A stretch of DNA of 32,000 bases from Alkalilimnicola ehrlichii MLHE-1 (GTDB taxonomy: Bacteria > Pseudomonadota > Gammaproteobacteria > Nitrococcales > Halorhodospiraceae), in NCBI RefSeq assembly GCF_000014785.1, contig NC_008340.1, positions 1,950,001 to 1,982,000 on the forward strand. Direction: 5' to 3'. The translations under genes and the position numbers were made by a program. Each line of letters begins with the position of its first letter. Position 1 is the first letter of the stretch. Positions 17,321-26,019 of the stretch are shown here, in pieces. The notes beneath the pieces were generated by a model. The model was not told the DNA's origin, made no database searches, and saw only the letters and a program-made list of their open reading frames with translations.

Positions 17321-18619
17321 ATGACCCAGCACATCTTCGTAATCGGGCTGGACGACTTCAACCTCGCTGAACTGCAGACCGTCCGCAACGCCGGGGAGTA
17401 CACCTTCCACGGCCTGGTGGACTACGACACCATGGTGTTGCCCGAGTCCTACCCGATGCCGGAGATCATGGCCGAGGCCCGCCGGACCCTCGCGGATGCC
17501 CCCGCGGTGGACGGCATCATCGGCCACTGGGACTTTCCCACCACCTCCATGCTGCCCATCCTGCGCCGGGAGCACGGCCTACCCACACCCACCCTGGAGA
17601 GCGTGCTCTACTGTGAGAGCAAGTACTGGAATCGACTCGCCTGCGAGCAGGCGGTGCCCGAGTGCACGCCCGACTTCCAGGGGCTGGACCCGTACAGCGA
17701 CGACCCGCTGGCCGACCTGGACGTGGCCTACCCCTTCTGGCTCAAGCCCACCGTGGCCTTCTCCTCCTACCTGGGCTTCCGCATTGAGAACGAGCAGCAG
17801 TACCTGGACGCCATGGCCACCATTCGCGAGCACATTCACGTGTTCGCCGAACCGTTCGACTACATCGTCGAGCAGTGCCAGAACCGCGCCGCCCTGCCCG
17901 ACCGCGGCAGCGGCGCCACCTGCATCGCCGAGGGGCTGATCGGTGGTCGGCTCTGCACCCTGGAGGGGTACGTGCACAACGGCGAGGTGGTGGTGTATGC
18001 GGTGGTGGACTCGCTGCGGGCCGCCAATAACGTGAGCTTTTTCAGCTACCAGTACCCCTCCCAGCTCCCCGCCGGGGTCCGCAACCGCATGATCGGACAC
18101 GCGGAAAAGCTCCTTCACCACATCGGGTTGGACCACACGCCGTTCAACATGGAGTTCTTCTGGGATGAGGCCATCGACAAGATCTGGCTGCTGGAGATCA
18201 ACGCGCGGATCTCCAAGTCCCACTGCCCGATCTTCCAGATCGCCACCGGGGCCTCCCACCACGAGGTGGCCATCGACATCGCCCTGGGCCGGCGGCCGGA
18301 CTTCCCCCGTCCGGAGGGCCGTTTCCCCATGGCGGGCAAGTTCATGCCCCGCGTGTTCGCCGACACAGTGGTGACCCGGGTGCCCTCCGAGGAGGAGATC
18401 CAGGCGCTCAAGCGGGTCCATCCGGAACTGATCGTCCACATCGCCATAGAGGAAGGGATGCGGTTGTCGGAACTGCGCGCCCAGGACAGCTACAGCTTTG
18501 AGATCGGCGATGTCTTCCTGGGGGCGGCGGACGAAGCCGAATTGCACCAGAAGTTCCGCCACATCATGCAGGCCCTGGACTTCCAGTTCGCTGACGTGGT
18601 GCCGACCAACTACAGCTGA
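17321..18619 (+). CDS. ATP-grasp domain ligase, biotin-carboxylase/CarB-like
   Basis: ATG at 17321 after an AGGAG Shine-Dalgarno. MTQHIFVIGLDDFNLAELQTVRNAGEYTFHGLV; central YPFWLKPTVAFSSYLGFRIENEQQY; catalytic DKIWLLEINARISKSHCPIFQIATG. Confidence 0.8.
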   Translation: MTQHIFVIGLDDFNLAELQTVRNAGEYTFHGLVDYDTMVLPESYPMPEIMAEARRTLADAPAVDGIIGHWDFPTTSMLPILRREHGLPTPTLESVLYCESKYWNRLACEQAVPECTPDFQGLDPYSDDPLADLDVAYPFWLKPTVAFSSYLGFRIENEQQYLDAMATIREHIHVFAEPFDYIVEQCQNRAALPDRGSGATCIAEGLIGGRLCTLEGYVHNGEVVVYAVVDSLRAANNVSFFSYQYPSQLPAGVRNRMIGHAEKLLHHIGLDHTPFNMEFFWDEAIDKIWLLEINARISKSHCPIFQIATGASHHEVAIDIALGRRPDFPRPEGRFPMAGKFMPRVFADTVVTRVPSEEEIQALKRVHPELIVHIAIEEGMRLSELRAQDSYSFEIGDVFLGAADEAELHQKFRHIMQALDFQFADVVPTNYS

Positions 18620-18653
18620 ACCGCTACGCCAGCCCGGCCGGCTGCGCCACGGT

Positions 18654-19259
18654 TCATGCGCCGCGCCCCGCCCCCCTCCGGTGCCGGGACGTGGCCAGTT
18701 GCAGGCGGTACTCCCGTTCGAGCAGGGACAGGATGTGCATGGAATAACGCCGCTCCCCCTCCGCGGCGCACTCCCGGGCCGTCCCCTCCATCACGAAACC
18801 CAACCCGAGGTAGAGGCGCAGGGCCCGCTTGTTGTGCTCGGCGACGTAGAGCCAGAGCCGGTGGAAACCGAGGACCTCAAAGCAGTAGCGCATCACCAGG
18901 ATCAGCGCCGCCCGTCCGCGGCCACCGCCCTTGCGGGCCATCGCAATACGGCGCAGCAACAGATTGCCGTCCGGGTCATCGGCATCCTGCAGCACCAGAT
19001 AGCCCACCGGCACCCCGGCCTCCTCGACGATGGCGTGCACCCAGCCTGGGCTGTCGATGCAGGCCCTATGCCGGGCCGCCGGCCACTGCCCCACATGCCG
19101 GGCATTGTCCGGGTCCCGTTCCACCGCCAGCACGAAGGCGCAGTCCTCCGGCCGGGTCGGGCGCAGAGTCAACCGGCCGCGACTCAGCCGGGGTGCCGGT
19201 AACGGACCGGTTTCAGTTCCGGTGGACGGGGTGTCATCTACACTCATGCTAGCGAGCAT
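18654..19259 (-). CDS. GNAT-family N-acetyltransferase
   Basis: LTLRPTRPEDCAFVLAVERDPDNARHVGQWP...VGYLVLQDADDPDGNLLLRRIAMARKGGGRGRAALILVMRYCFEVLGFHRLWLYVAEHNKRALRLYLGLGFVMEG (motif A plus the N-x-R-A-x-x-L-Y-x-x-x-G-F motif). Confidence 0.87.
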   Translation of the reverse strand: MLASMSVDDTPSTGTETGPLPAPRLSRGRLTLRPTRPEDCAFVLAVERDPDNARHVGQWPAARHRACIDSPGWVHAIVEEAGVPVGYLVLQDADDPDGNLLLRRIAMARKGGGRGRAALILVMRYCFEVLGFHRLWLYVAEHNKRALRLYLGLGFVMEGTARECAAEGERRYSMHILSLLEREYRLQLATSRHRRGAGRGA

Positions 19260-19306
19260 AGCACCCCATTATCCGGCCCCCGCGGCCGACACAGAGGAAC
19301 CGTCGT

Positions 19307-20608
19307 ATGGTCAGACGCACTTCCTTCGTCGATCCTGACAAGATCCGCGAGCGCCTGGTCTCCCTGATCCGCATCCCCTCCATCACCGGTGAGGAGGATG
19401 CCGCCGTCGCCCAGATCGCCAACTGGCTGCAACAGCAGGACGTGGAGATCGACTACTGGAACGACGGCATCGCCGCCCTGCAGCGCGATCCGCGCTACCC
19501 CGGCCACGAGGTGGAGCGGGTCTGGGCCCCGGTGGTGGTGGGCGTGCTGCGTGGCGAACAGCCCGGCCCCTCGGTGCTGCTCACCGGCCACGTGGACGTG
19601 GTGCCGCCCGGCGATTACAGCCACTGGCAGGACGAGCCCTTCTCCGGCATGACCCGCGGTGACCGCATCTACGGCTGTGGGGCATCGGACATGAAATCGG
19701 GCCTGGTCGCCGCCATGGCCGCCTTCGAGGCCTTCGCGGAGAGCGGCCGCAACTTCCCCGGCCGCATCATCTTCGCCGCCGTCCCCGCCGAGGAGGACAG
19801 CGGGCTGGGCACCCTGGCGGCTATCCGCGGCGGCTGGGACGCGGACGTGGCCATCATCCCCGAGCCCACGGTCCAGGACGGCATCCCGGAACTGCTGATC
19901 GCCCACGCCGGCGCCATGTCACTGCGCATCCAGGTGCCGGGCAAGGCGGCCCACGCCAGCAAGCGGCTGCAGGGCGAGAGCGCCCTGGACCACTTCATCA
20001 CCCTTTACGAGGCCATGCGCGCCGACGAGAAGGCGGTCAACGAGGCGGAAACCCACCCGTTGATGAAGGTCCACCCCCTGCCCTATGCCACCAACGTGGG
20101 CACCCTCCACGGCGGGCTGTGGTCCTCCAGCGTGATGGACTCGCTGGAGGCGCAGGTGCGGGTCGGGGTCCCCCTGGGTGAGACCATTGACCAGGCCGAG
20201 GCGCGCTTTCGCCGTGCCATCGACGAGGCCATCCGGGACGACCCCTGGCTGAGCCGCAACCCACCCCGCATCTCCCGACTGGCCTCGGGCTTTGGTTCGG
20301 CGGCCACCCCCGAGGACCATCCACTGGTCCAGGCGCTGGCCGAGTCCGCCGAGGACGAGTACCGGCGCAGCCCCACCATCAGCGCCGCCCCCTACGGCTG
20401 CGACATGTCCGGTTGGGTCCGCCACGCCCAGGTGCCCACAGTGATCTACGGGCCCGGCGAGATCGAACTGGCCCATGCCCCCAACGAATCGGTCTCACTG
20501 GAGACCACCTACAAGGTGGCCCGCACCCTGGTGCGCACCACCGAGCGGCTGCTGGAATGCGACTTGGACAGCCTGCGCGCCGCTCGGCCACAGAAGGCGC
20601 CGGGCTGA
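19307..20608 (+). CDS. M20-family metallopeptidase / ArgE-DapE-like deacylase
   Basis: VLLTGHVDVVPPGDYSHWQDEPFSG, DRIYGCGASDMKSGLVAAMAA, AVPAEEDSGLGTL, GKAAHASKRLQGESAL: M20 metal ligands and dimerisation domain. Confidence 0.9.
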   Translation: MVRRTSFVDPDKIRERLVSLIRIPSITGEEDAAVAQIANWLQQQDVEIDYWNDGIAALQRDPRYPGHEVERVWAPVVVGVLRGEQPGPSVLLTGHVDVVPPGDYSHWQDEPFSGMTRGDRIYGCGASDMKSGLVAAMAAFEAFAESGRNFPGRIIFAAVPAEEDSGLGTLAAIRGGWDADVAIIPEPTVQDGIPELLIAHAGAMSLRIQVPGKAAHASKRLQGESALDHFITLYEAMRADEKAVNEAETHPLMKVHPLPYATNVGTLHGGLWSSSVMDSLEAQVRVGVPLGETIDQAEARFRRAIDEAIRDDPWLSRNPPRISRLASGFGSAATPEDHPLVQALAESAEDEYRRSPTISAAPYGCDMSGWVRHAQVPTVIYGPGEIELAHAPNESVSLETTYKVARTLVRTTERLLECDLDSLRAARPQKAPG

Positions 20609-20629
20609 CCCGGCCAGTGAGGAACGGCC

Positions 20630-22663
20630 ATGCGGGTGATCGAATCTTTCGACGACGATGTCCGGGTGATCGAGAACGTCTGGATCCCCATGTCCGACGG
20701 CGTGCGCTTGGCCGCGCGGGTCTGGCTGCCGGTGGGCTCCGCCGACCACCCGGTGCCGGCGGTGCTGGAGTACATGCCCTACCGCAAGCGCGACTTCACA
20801 CGCCTGCGTGACGAACCGCTGCACCACTACTTCGCCGGCCACGGCTACGCCGCCATCCGCCTGGACGTGCGCGGCACCGGCGACTCCGAGGGCATCCTGC
20901 GCGATGAGTACCTGGCCCAGGAGCAGGACGACGCCGAGGAGGCCATCGCCTGGATCGCCGAACAGTCCTGGTGCAACGGCCGGGTGGGCATGATCGGCCT
21001 GTCCTGGGCCGGCTTCAACGCCCTGCAGGTGGCGGCCCGCCAGCCGCCGGCGCTGAAGGCCATCATCACCATGTGCTCCACCGACGACCGCTATGCCGAC
21101 GATGCCCACTACAAGGGCGGCTGTCTGCTCAACGAGAACCTGACCTGGGGCGCGGCCTTCTTCTCGCTCAACGCCTGCCCCCCCGACCCGGAGATCGCCG
21201 GTGAGCCCTGGCGCGAGCAATGGCTGGAACGGCTGGCACACAACCGCCTCTTCCCCGCCCTGTGGATGCGTCACCCCCACCGGGATGATTACTGGAAGCA
21301 GGGCTCGGTGTGCGAGGACTATTCGGCCATCCAGTGCGCGGTCTACGCCGTGGGCGGCTGGGCGGACGGCTACGTCAACGCCATCCCACGCCTGATGGCC
21401 GGCCTACAGGCGCCGCGCAAGGCGCTGATCGGCCCCTGGCCCCACGCCTTTCCCCACGCCGCCGAGCCGGGGCCGCGCATCGGCTTCTTCCAGGAAGCGG
21501 TGCGCTGGTGGGACTATTGGCTGAAGGAGGAAGAGAACGGCATCATGGACGAGCCGCTGATCCGTGCCTGGATGGAGGACTGGATCGCCCCGGCGCCCCG
21601 CCACGACGAGCGCCCCGGCCGCTGGGTGGCGGAAACCGAGTGGCCCTCGCCGCGCATCACCCCGCGCACCTGGCACCTCAACGTGCTCTCGCTGGGCGAT
21701 CACCCGGACCCGGAGGATCGCATGCGCCTGCGCTCACCGCAGACCACCGGGCTGCGCGCCGGCGATTTCTACGGCTTCGGCGCCGAGGGCGACGCCCCCA
21801 TGGACCAGCGCACCGACGACGGCAAGTCGCTGGTCTTCGACTCCGACCCGCTCAGCGAGCCGGTGGAGATGCTCGGCACGCCGGTCGTCACCCTGGAATT
21901 GGCCTGCGACACGCCACTGGCCCACGTGATTGTTCGCCTGAACGACGTGGCGCCGGACGGGGCCTCCGGCCGGGTCAGCTATGGGGTGCTCAACCTGGCG
22001 CACCGGGACAGCCATGAGCGCCCCGCCCCGCTGGTGCCGGGGCAACGCTACCGGATCACCGTACGACTGAACGACATGGCCTACCGCTTCGCCCCCGGGC
22101 ACACCATCCGGCTGGCGATCTCCAGCGCCTATTGGCCGATCATCTGGCCGGCACCGGAACGGTCGGAGATCACCCTGATCACCGGGGCGAGCACGCTGGC
22201 GCTGCCCCTGCGACCGCCGCGACCGGAGGATGACCAGCTACCGGCCTTCGGGCCGCCGGAGCGCTGCCCCATCCCGACCCACACCATCCTCGAGACCGCC
22301 GAGCCGGAGCGCAGTATCGCCGTGGACCTGACCAACGACGAGACCACCTATACCGCCTTCGGGGACGCCGGTGACGTGGGTGGCGCGGCCCTGGCCCGGA
22401 TCGAGGACATCGATCTCACCCTGGGCTCCACCATGCGTCGGGTGTTCCGTATCCAGGAGCAGGACCCGTTGTCCGCCGAGGCCGTCATCGAGCAGGAGAC
22501 CCGCTTCCAGCGCGGCGACTGGGCGGTGCGCATCGACGCCCGCATCCGCCTCACCGCCGATGCCGAGCATTTCTTCATCCAGGCGATCCTGGACGCCTAC
22601 GAGAACGGGGCCCGCGTAGCCAGCCGGGAGTGGAACGAGGCCATCCCCCGGCTGCTCCTGTAA
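20630..22663 (+). CDS. CocE/NonD-family (S15-like) hydrolase
   Basis: 677 aa. VWIPMSDGVRLAARVWLP, VLEYMPYRKRD, LDVRGTGDSEG, nucleophile elbow MIGLSWAGFNALQVAA, C-terminal beta-sandwich (YRFAPGHTIRLAISSAYWPIIWPAPE). 21 bp downstream of the M20 gene. Confidence 0.9.
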   Translation: MRVIESFDDDVRVIENVWIPMSDGVRLAARVWLPVGSADHPVPAVLEYMPYRKRDFTRLRDEPLHHYFAGHGYAAIRLDVRGTGDSEGILRDEYLAQEQDDAEEAIAWIAEQSWCNGRVGMIGLSWAGFNALQVAARQPPALKAIITMCSTDDRYADDAHYKGGCLLNENLTWGAAFFSLNACPPDPEIAGEPWREQWLERLAHNRLFPALWMRHPHRDDYWKQGSVCEDYSAIQCAVYAVGGWADGYVNAIPRLMAGLQAPRKALIGPWPHAFPHAAEPGPRIGFFQEAVRWWDYWLKEEENGIMDEPLIRAWMEDWIAPAPRHDERPGRWVAETEWPSPRITPRTWHLNVLSLGDHPDPEDRMRLRSPQTTGLRAGDFYGFGAEGDAPMDQRTDDGKSLVFDSDPLSEPVEMLGTPVVTLELACDTPLAHVIVRLNDVAPDGASGRVSYGVLNLAHRDSHERPAPLVPGQRYRITVRLNDMAYRFAPGHTIRLAISSAYWPIIWPAPERSEITLITGASTLALPLRPPRPEDDQLPAFGPPERCPIPTHTILETAEPERSIAVDLTNDETTYTAFGDAGDVGGAALARIEDIDLTLGSTMRRVFRIQEQDPLSAEAVIEQETRFQRGDWAVRIDARIRLTADAEHFFIQAILDAYENGARVASREWNEAIPRLLL

Positions 22664-22702
22664 TGCGTCAGACCTTGCCGGCTGTCCCCGGCCGGAACGA
22701 TG

Positions 22703-23734
22703 TCAGATCCCGTAGCGGCGGCGGGCCGTGTCCAGCAACAGCGCCAGCAGGTCCGCGTACTCATAGCCGGCCCAACCGGCCATGATCGCCATCTTGCCGT
22801 CGTAGCTCCAGGTGGGGTTGAAGTTGGCGTCCAGTAGCCGGGGCACGCCGTCGACCCCGCACCGGTAGTCGAAGCGGGCGTAATCCCGAAAGCCCAGGCG
22901 CTCGAACAGGAAGACACTGTGCTCCACCATCGCGGCCTGGTGCTCCGGTGCCAATTCGGCGGGCTTGAAGCGCAGGCTCTGCCAGTAGGCGGAGTTCGGG
23001 TCCACCTTGGAACCGTAGGAGAGAATGGGCGGCAGGTCGGCCGGCAGCCGCGAGTAGTCGATCTCCAGCAACGGCAGCACGGTGAAGCCGGTCTCCGGAT
23101 TGCCTACCAGTCCCAGGGTGTACTCGGCACCGGTGAGAAAGTCCTGGATCAAGGCCTGCGGGCGTTCCGGCTCCAGCGCCAGCTGCTCCAGGCAGGCCCG
23201 CGCCTGCTGGGCGTCATGGACCACCGAGTCGGGGGTCACCCCCTGGCTGCCGCAACCGGCATTGGGCTTGATCAGCGCCGGGTAGAGCTCGGGCAACACC
23301 ATGGGGTCCGCGGTAAGATCGACGAAGGTCTCATTGGGCACCGGGATGCCGTGGCTGGCTGCCAGCAGCCGCACCAGCGCCTTGTCGCCGCAGATGCTCA
23401 TGCAGGCCGGCGTGGCACCGGTGTAAGGGATCTCCAGCAGCTCCAATAGGGCCGGTACGTTCTGCTCGTGGCGCAGCTGGTTGCGGTAGCCGGTGTCACA
23501 AAAGTTAAGCGCCAGATCGGGCGGGGCCTCCCGCAGCCGGTCGAACAGCCGGTCGTGGTCATCCAGCACCTCAACCCGATAGCCACCCAGCGTCTCCAGC
23601 GCCACCCGGGCCTGGCGTACCGCCTCCACCTCCGACTCCCCAAAGCGCCCGTCCACACCGTAGTCGTAGGGCAGGCGCGGGTCCCCGGCCAGCACGGCAA
23701 GGTGGACAGGCTGCGATTCAGCGGCTGTAATCAT
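22703..23734 (-). CDS. D-alanine--D-alanine ligase-like ATP-grasp protein
   Basis: Start trimmed to the ATG at 23734. LLEIPYTGATPACMSICGDKALVRLLAASHGIPVPNETF, YPALIKPNAGCGSQGV, VLPLLEIDYS, FRDYARFDYRCGVDGVPRLLDANFNPTW. Confidence 0.85.
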   Translation of the reverse strand: MITAAESQPVHLAVLAGDPRLPYDYGVDGRFGESEVEAVRQARVALETLGGYRVEVLDDHDRLFDRLREAPPDLALNFCDTGYRNQLRHEQNVPALLELLEIPYTGATPACMSICGDKALVRLLAASHGIPVPNETFVDLTADPMVLPELYPALIKPNAGCGSQGVTPDSVVHDAQQARACLEQLALEPERPQALIQDFLTGAEYTLGLVGNPETGFTVLPLLEIDYSRLPADLPPILSYGSKVDPNSAYWQSLRFKPAELAPEHQAAMVEHSVFLFERLGFRDYARFDYRCGVDGVPRLLDANFNPTWSYDGKMAIMAGWAGYEYADLLALLLDTARRRYGI

Positions 23735-23825
23735 GGATGGCGTAACACCCTGGTTGCAAGGAGGGGACCGGGGCCCTAACTGCCCCCCGGGGTGAGAACG
23801 GGCCAGGGCCACGGGGGGCGCCCTT

Positions 23826-25019
23826 CTACACATGCTGCCCCGCCGCATGCCCCGACGCCCAGGCCCACTGAAAGTTATGACCACCCAGGTGGCCCGTGAC
23901 ATCCACCACCTCACCGATGAAGTAGAGCCCCGGGTGATCACGACAGGCCATGGTCTTGGAAGATAGCGCATGGGTGTCGACCCCGCCCAGGGTCACCTCG
24001 GCGGTACGGTACCCTTCGGTGCCATCGGGCCAGACCGTCCAGGGCTGGCAGGCCTGCTGGATCCGGCGTATGTCCTCGCCGGTCAACTGCTCCAGGCGCC
24101 TGTCCGGCAGCCAGAGTTCACACCAGCGCTGGGCCACACGGCGGGTGAGTTGCTCGCCCAGCAGCTTCTTCAGGGTCAGACGCGGGCGCTCCCGGCGCAT
24201 CGCCTCCAGGTGCCCGGCCAGATCCGTGTCGGGAAACAGGTCGATCTCCAGCGGCTCGCCGGGCTGCCAGTAGGACGAGGCCTGGAGGATCGCCGGCCCA
24301 CTGAGCCCACGGTGGGTGAACAGGATATTCTCGCGGAAGGCGGCCCCGCCGGCGCGGGTGACGCTGTCCAGGGCCACCCCGGCCAGGTCCTGCAGCTGGC
24401 GCCGCTTGCGCCCCTCCAGGGTCACCGGCACCAGCGCCGCACGGGTGGGCCGTACCGGAATCCCCAGCGACCGCGCCAGGTCGAAGCCGAAGCCGGTGGC
24501 ACCCATCTTCGGAATCGAGTAGCCGCCGGTGGCAATCACCAGCGATGAACACGTCACCGGGCCCTGCGGAGTGGACAGCCAGTGCGGTGCCCCCAGCCGC
24601 AGGTCGCTGACCGGCGAGCGGGTACGGATCGCCACCCCCACCGCCCGGCACTCCGCCAGCAGCATGCCGACGATATCCTTGGAGGAGCGGTCGCAGAAGA
24701 GCTGGCCCAGCTTCTTTTCGTGGTAGGGGATGCCGTGCTGTTCCACCAAGGCGATGAAGTGCCAGGGGGTGTAGCGACTGAGGGCCGATTTGACGAAGTG
24801 CGGGTTGGCCGACAGAAAGTGCTCGGGCCCGCAGTGGATGTTGGTGAAATTGCACCGCCCACCGCCGGACATCAGGATCTTCTTGCCCACCTTGTTGGCA
24901 TGGTCCAGCACCAGCACCCGGCGGCCACGCCCGCCGGCGGTGAGCGCGCACATCAGCCCGGCGGCGCCGGCGCCGATCACGATGACATCGTAATGCGGGT
25001 ATGGGGAGCGAGAGGCCAT
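23826..25019 (-). CDS. NAD(P)/FAD-dependent flavoprotein, BaiN/HI0933-like
   Basis: Start at 25019. YDVIVIGAGAAGLMCALTAGGRGRRVLVLDHANKVGKKILMSGGGRCNFTN; C-terminal GLYFIGEVVDVTGHLGGHNFQWAWASGHAAG. Confidence 0.93.
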   Translation of the reverse strand: MASRSPYPHYDVIVIGAGAAGLMCALTAGGRGRRVLVLDHANKVGKKILMSGGGRCNFTNIHCGPEHFLSANPHFVKSALSRYTPWHFIALVEQHGIPYHEKKLGQLFCDRSSKDIVGMLLAECRAVGVAIRTRSPVSDLRLGAPHWLSTPQGPVTCSSLVIATGGYSIPKMGATGFGFDLARSLGIPVRPTRAALVPVTLEGRKRRQLQDLAGVALDSVTRAGGAAFRENILFTHRGLSGPAILQASSYWQPGEPLEIDLFPDTDLAGHLEAMRRERPRLTLKKLLGEQLTRRVAQRWCELWLPDRRLEQLTGEDIRRIQQACQPWTVWPDGTEGYRTAEVTLGGVDTHALSSKTMACRDHPGLYFIGEVVDVTGHLGGHNFQWAWASGHAAGQHV

Positions 25020-25089
25020 GGGCGGGGATTCTACCCCCTTTGCCGGGCGGGACCGACCGGGCCGGGGTAACCCGGCCCCGGTAGCGGCC

Positions 25090-25902
25090 TCAGAGTCGCT
25101 CCGGATCCGGGTGCGACCAGCGCGGGATGGACTCCCGCCCGCAGGCCACCACCTCACCATCCTGCCACATGCGCCACTCCCCAGGCTGGTAGTCGTCCCA
25201 GCGCTCGTCGCTGGTCAGCGCCTCGGTGGCGATCACGCTGACCACATCGCGCGGGGTGGTCACCGCCTCAAAGTCCACGGTGACGTCAGCGTCCTTAAGG
25301 CGCGCGGGCCCGAAGGGCGCGCGCCGGGTGATGGCCACCATCCGGGTACTGCAGAAGGTGAACACCCAGCGGCCGTTGCTGAGCAGCAGGTTGAACACCC
25401 CCTGGCGGGCATACTCTGCCGAGGCCGCCACCACCGTGCGCAGCAGGTCGTCGTCCGCCACCTCCGGGGTGTACTCCGCCCGAATGCGGTTGAGCAGGTC
25501 ACAGAAGATGTGCTCGCTGTCGGTGTCTCCGACCGGCCGGTAGACCCCAGGCCGGGCCTTGAAGCCGTGCAGCTGCCCGTTGTGGGCGAAGGTCCAGTAC
25601 CGCCCCCAGAGTTCGCGGATGAAGGGGTGGGTGTTCTCCAGCCCGACGCAGCCGACGTTGGCCTGGCGGATGTGGCAAATGGCGGCGCGGCTCTTGATCG
25701 GCTGGGTCTGGACGATCTCGGCAATGCGCGAGTCGGCGCTGGGCTGGGGATCGTGGAACACCCGCACCCCGCGGCCCTCGTAGAAGGCCACCCCCCAACC
25801 GTCCTTGTGCGGCCCGGCGGCCCCGCCCCGGCGGGCCAGGCCGGTGAAGCTGAAGCAAAGATCCGTAGGGGTATTGGCGCTCATCGCCAGCAGTTCGCAC
25901 AT
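25090..25902 (-). CDS. Class II glutamine amidotransferase, YafJ-like
   Basis: MCELLAMSANTPTDLCFSFTGLARRGGAAGPHKDGWGVAFYEGRGVRVFHDPQPSADSR with Cys2 nucleophile; TFAHNGQL; GDTDSEHIFCDLL. Confidence 0.92.
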   Translation of the reverse strand: MCELLAMSANTPTDLCFSFTGLARRGGAAGPHKDGWGVAFYEGRGVRVFHDPQPSADSRIAEIVQTQPIKSRAAICHIRQANVGCVGLENTHPFIRELWGRYWTFAHNGQLHGFKARPGVYRPVGDTDSEHIFCDLLNRIRAEYTPEVADDDLLRTVVAASAEYARQGVFNLLLSNGRWVFTFCSTRMVAITRRAPFGPARLKDADVTVDFEAVTTPRDVVSVIATEALTSDERWDDYQPGEWRMWQDGEVVACGRESIPRWSHPDPERL

Positions 25903-26019
25903 GTCCGTTCCCGTCGTGAAAGACCTTGCTCTCGACGGCCTCAGTCTACCCCACCCCGTCGCTCCCTGGGCGTCTGGCCCATACTGGGAACACACGGCCA
26001 ACCGCTGTTGGAGACAGGC

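Noticed and set aside
22676-22698. GCCGG-CTGTCC-CCGGC hairpin between the CocE/NonD and Ddl-like genes
   Set aside because: Short stem in GC-rich DNA without a U-tract. Could be a terminator but is indistinguishable from background.
25018-26019. Long upstream extension of the 907-aa plus-strand ORF ending at 27741
   Set aside because: The first ~334 codons are antisense to the YafJ-like amidotransferase and lack protein character. The M14 gene is placed at the ATG at 26020.
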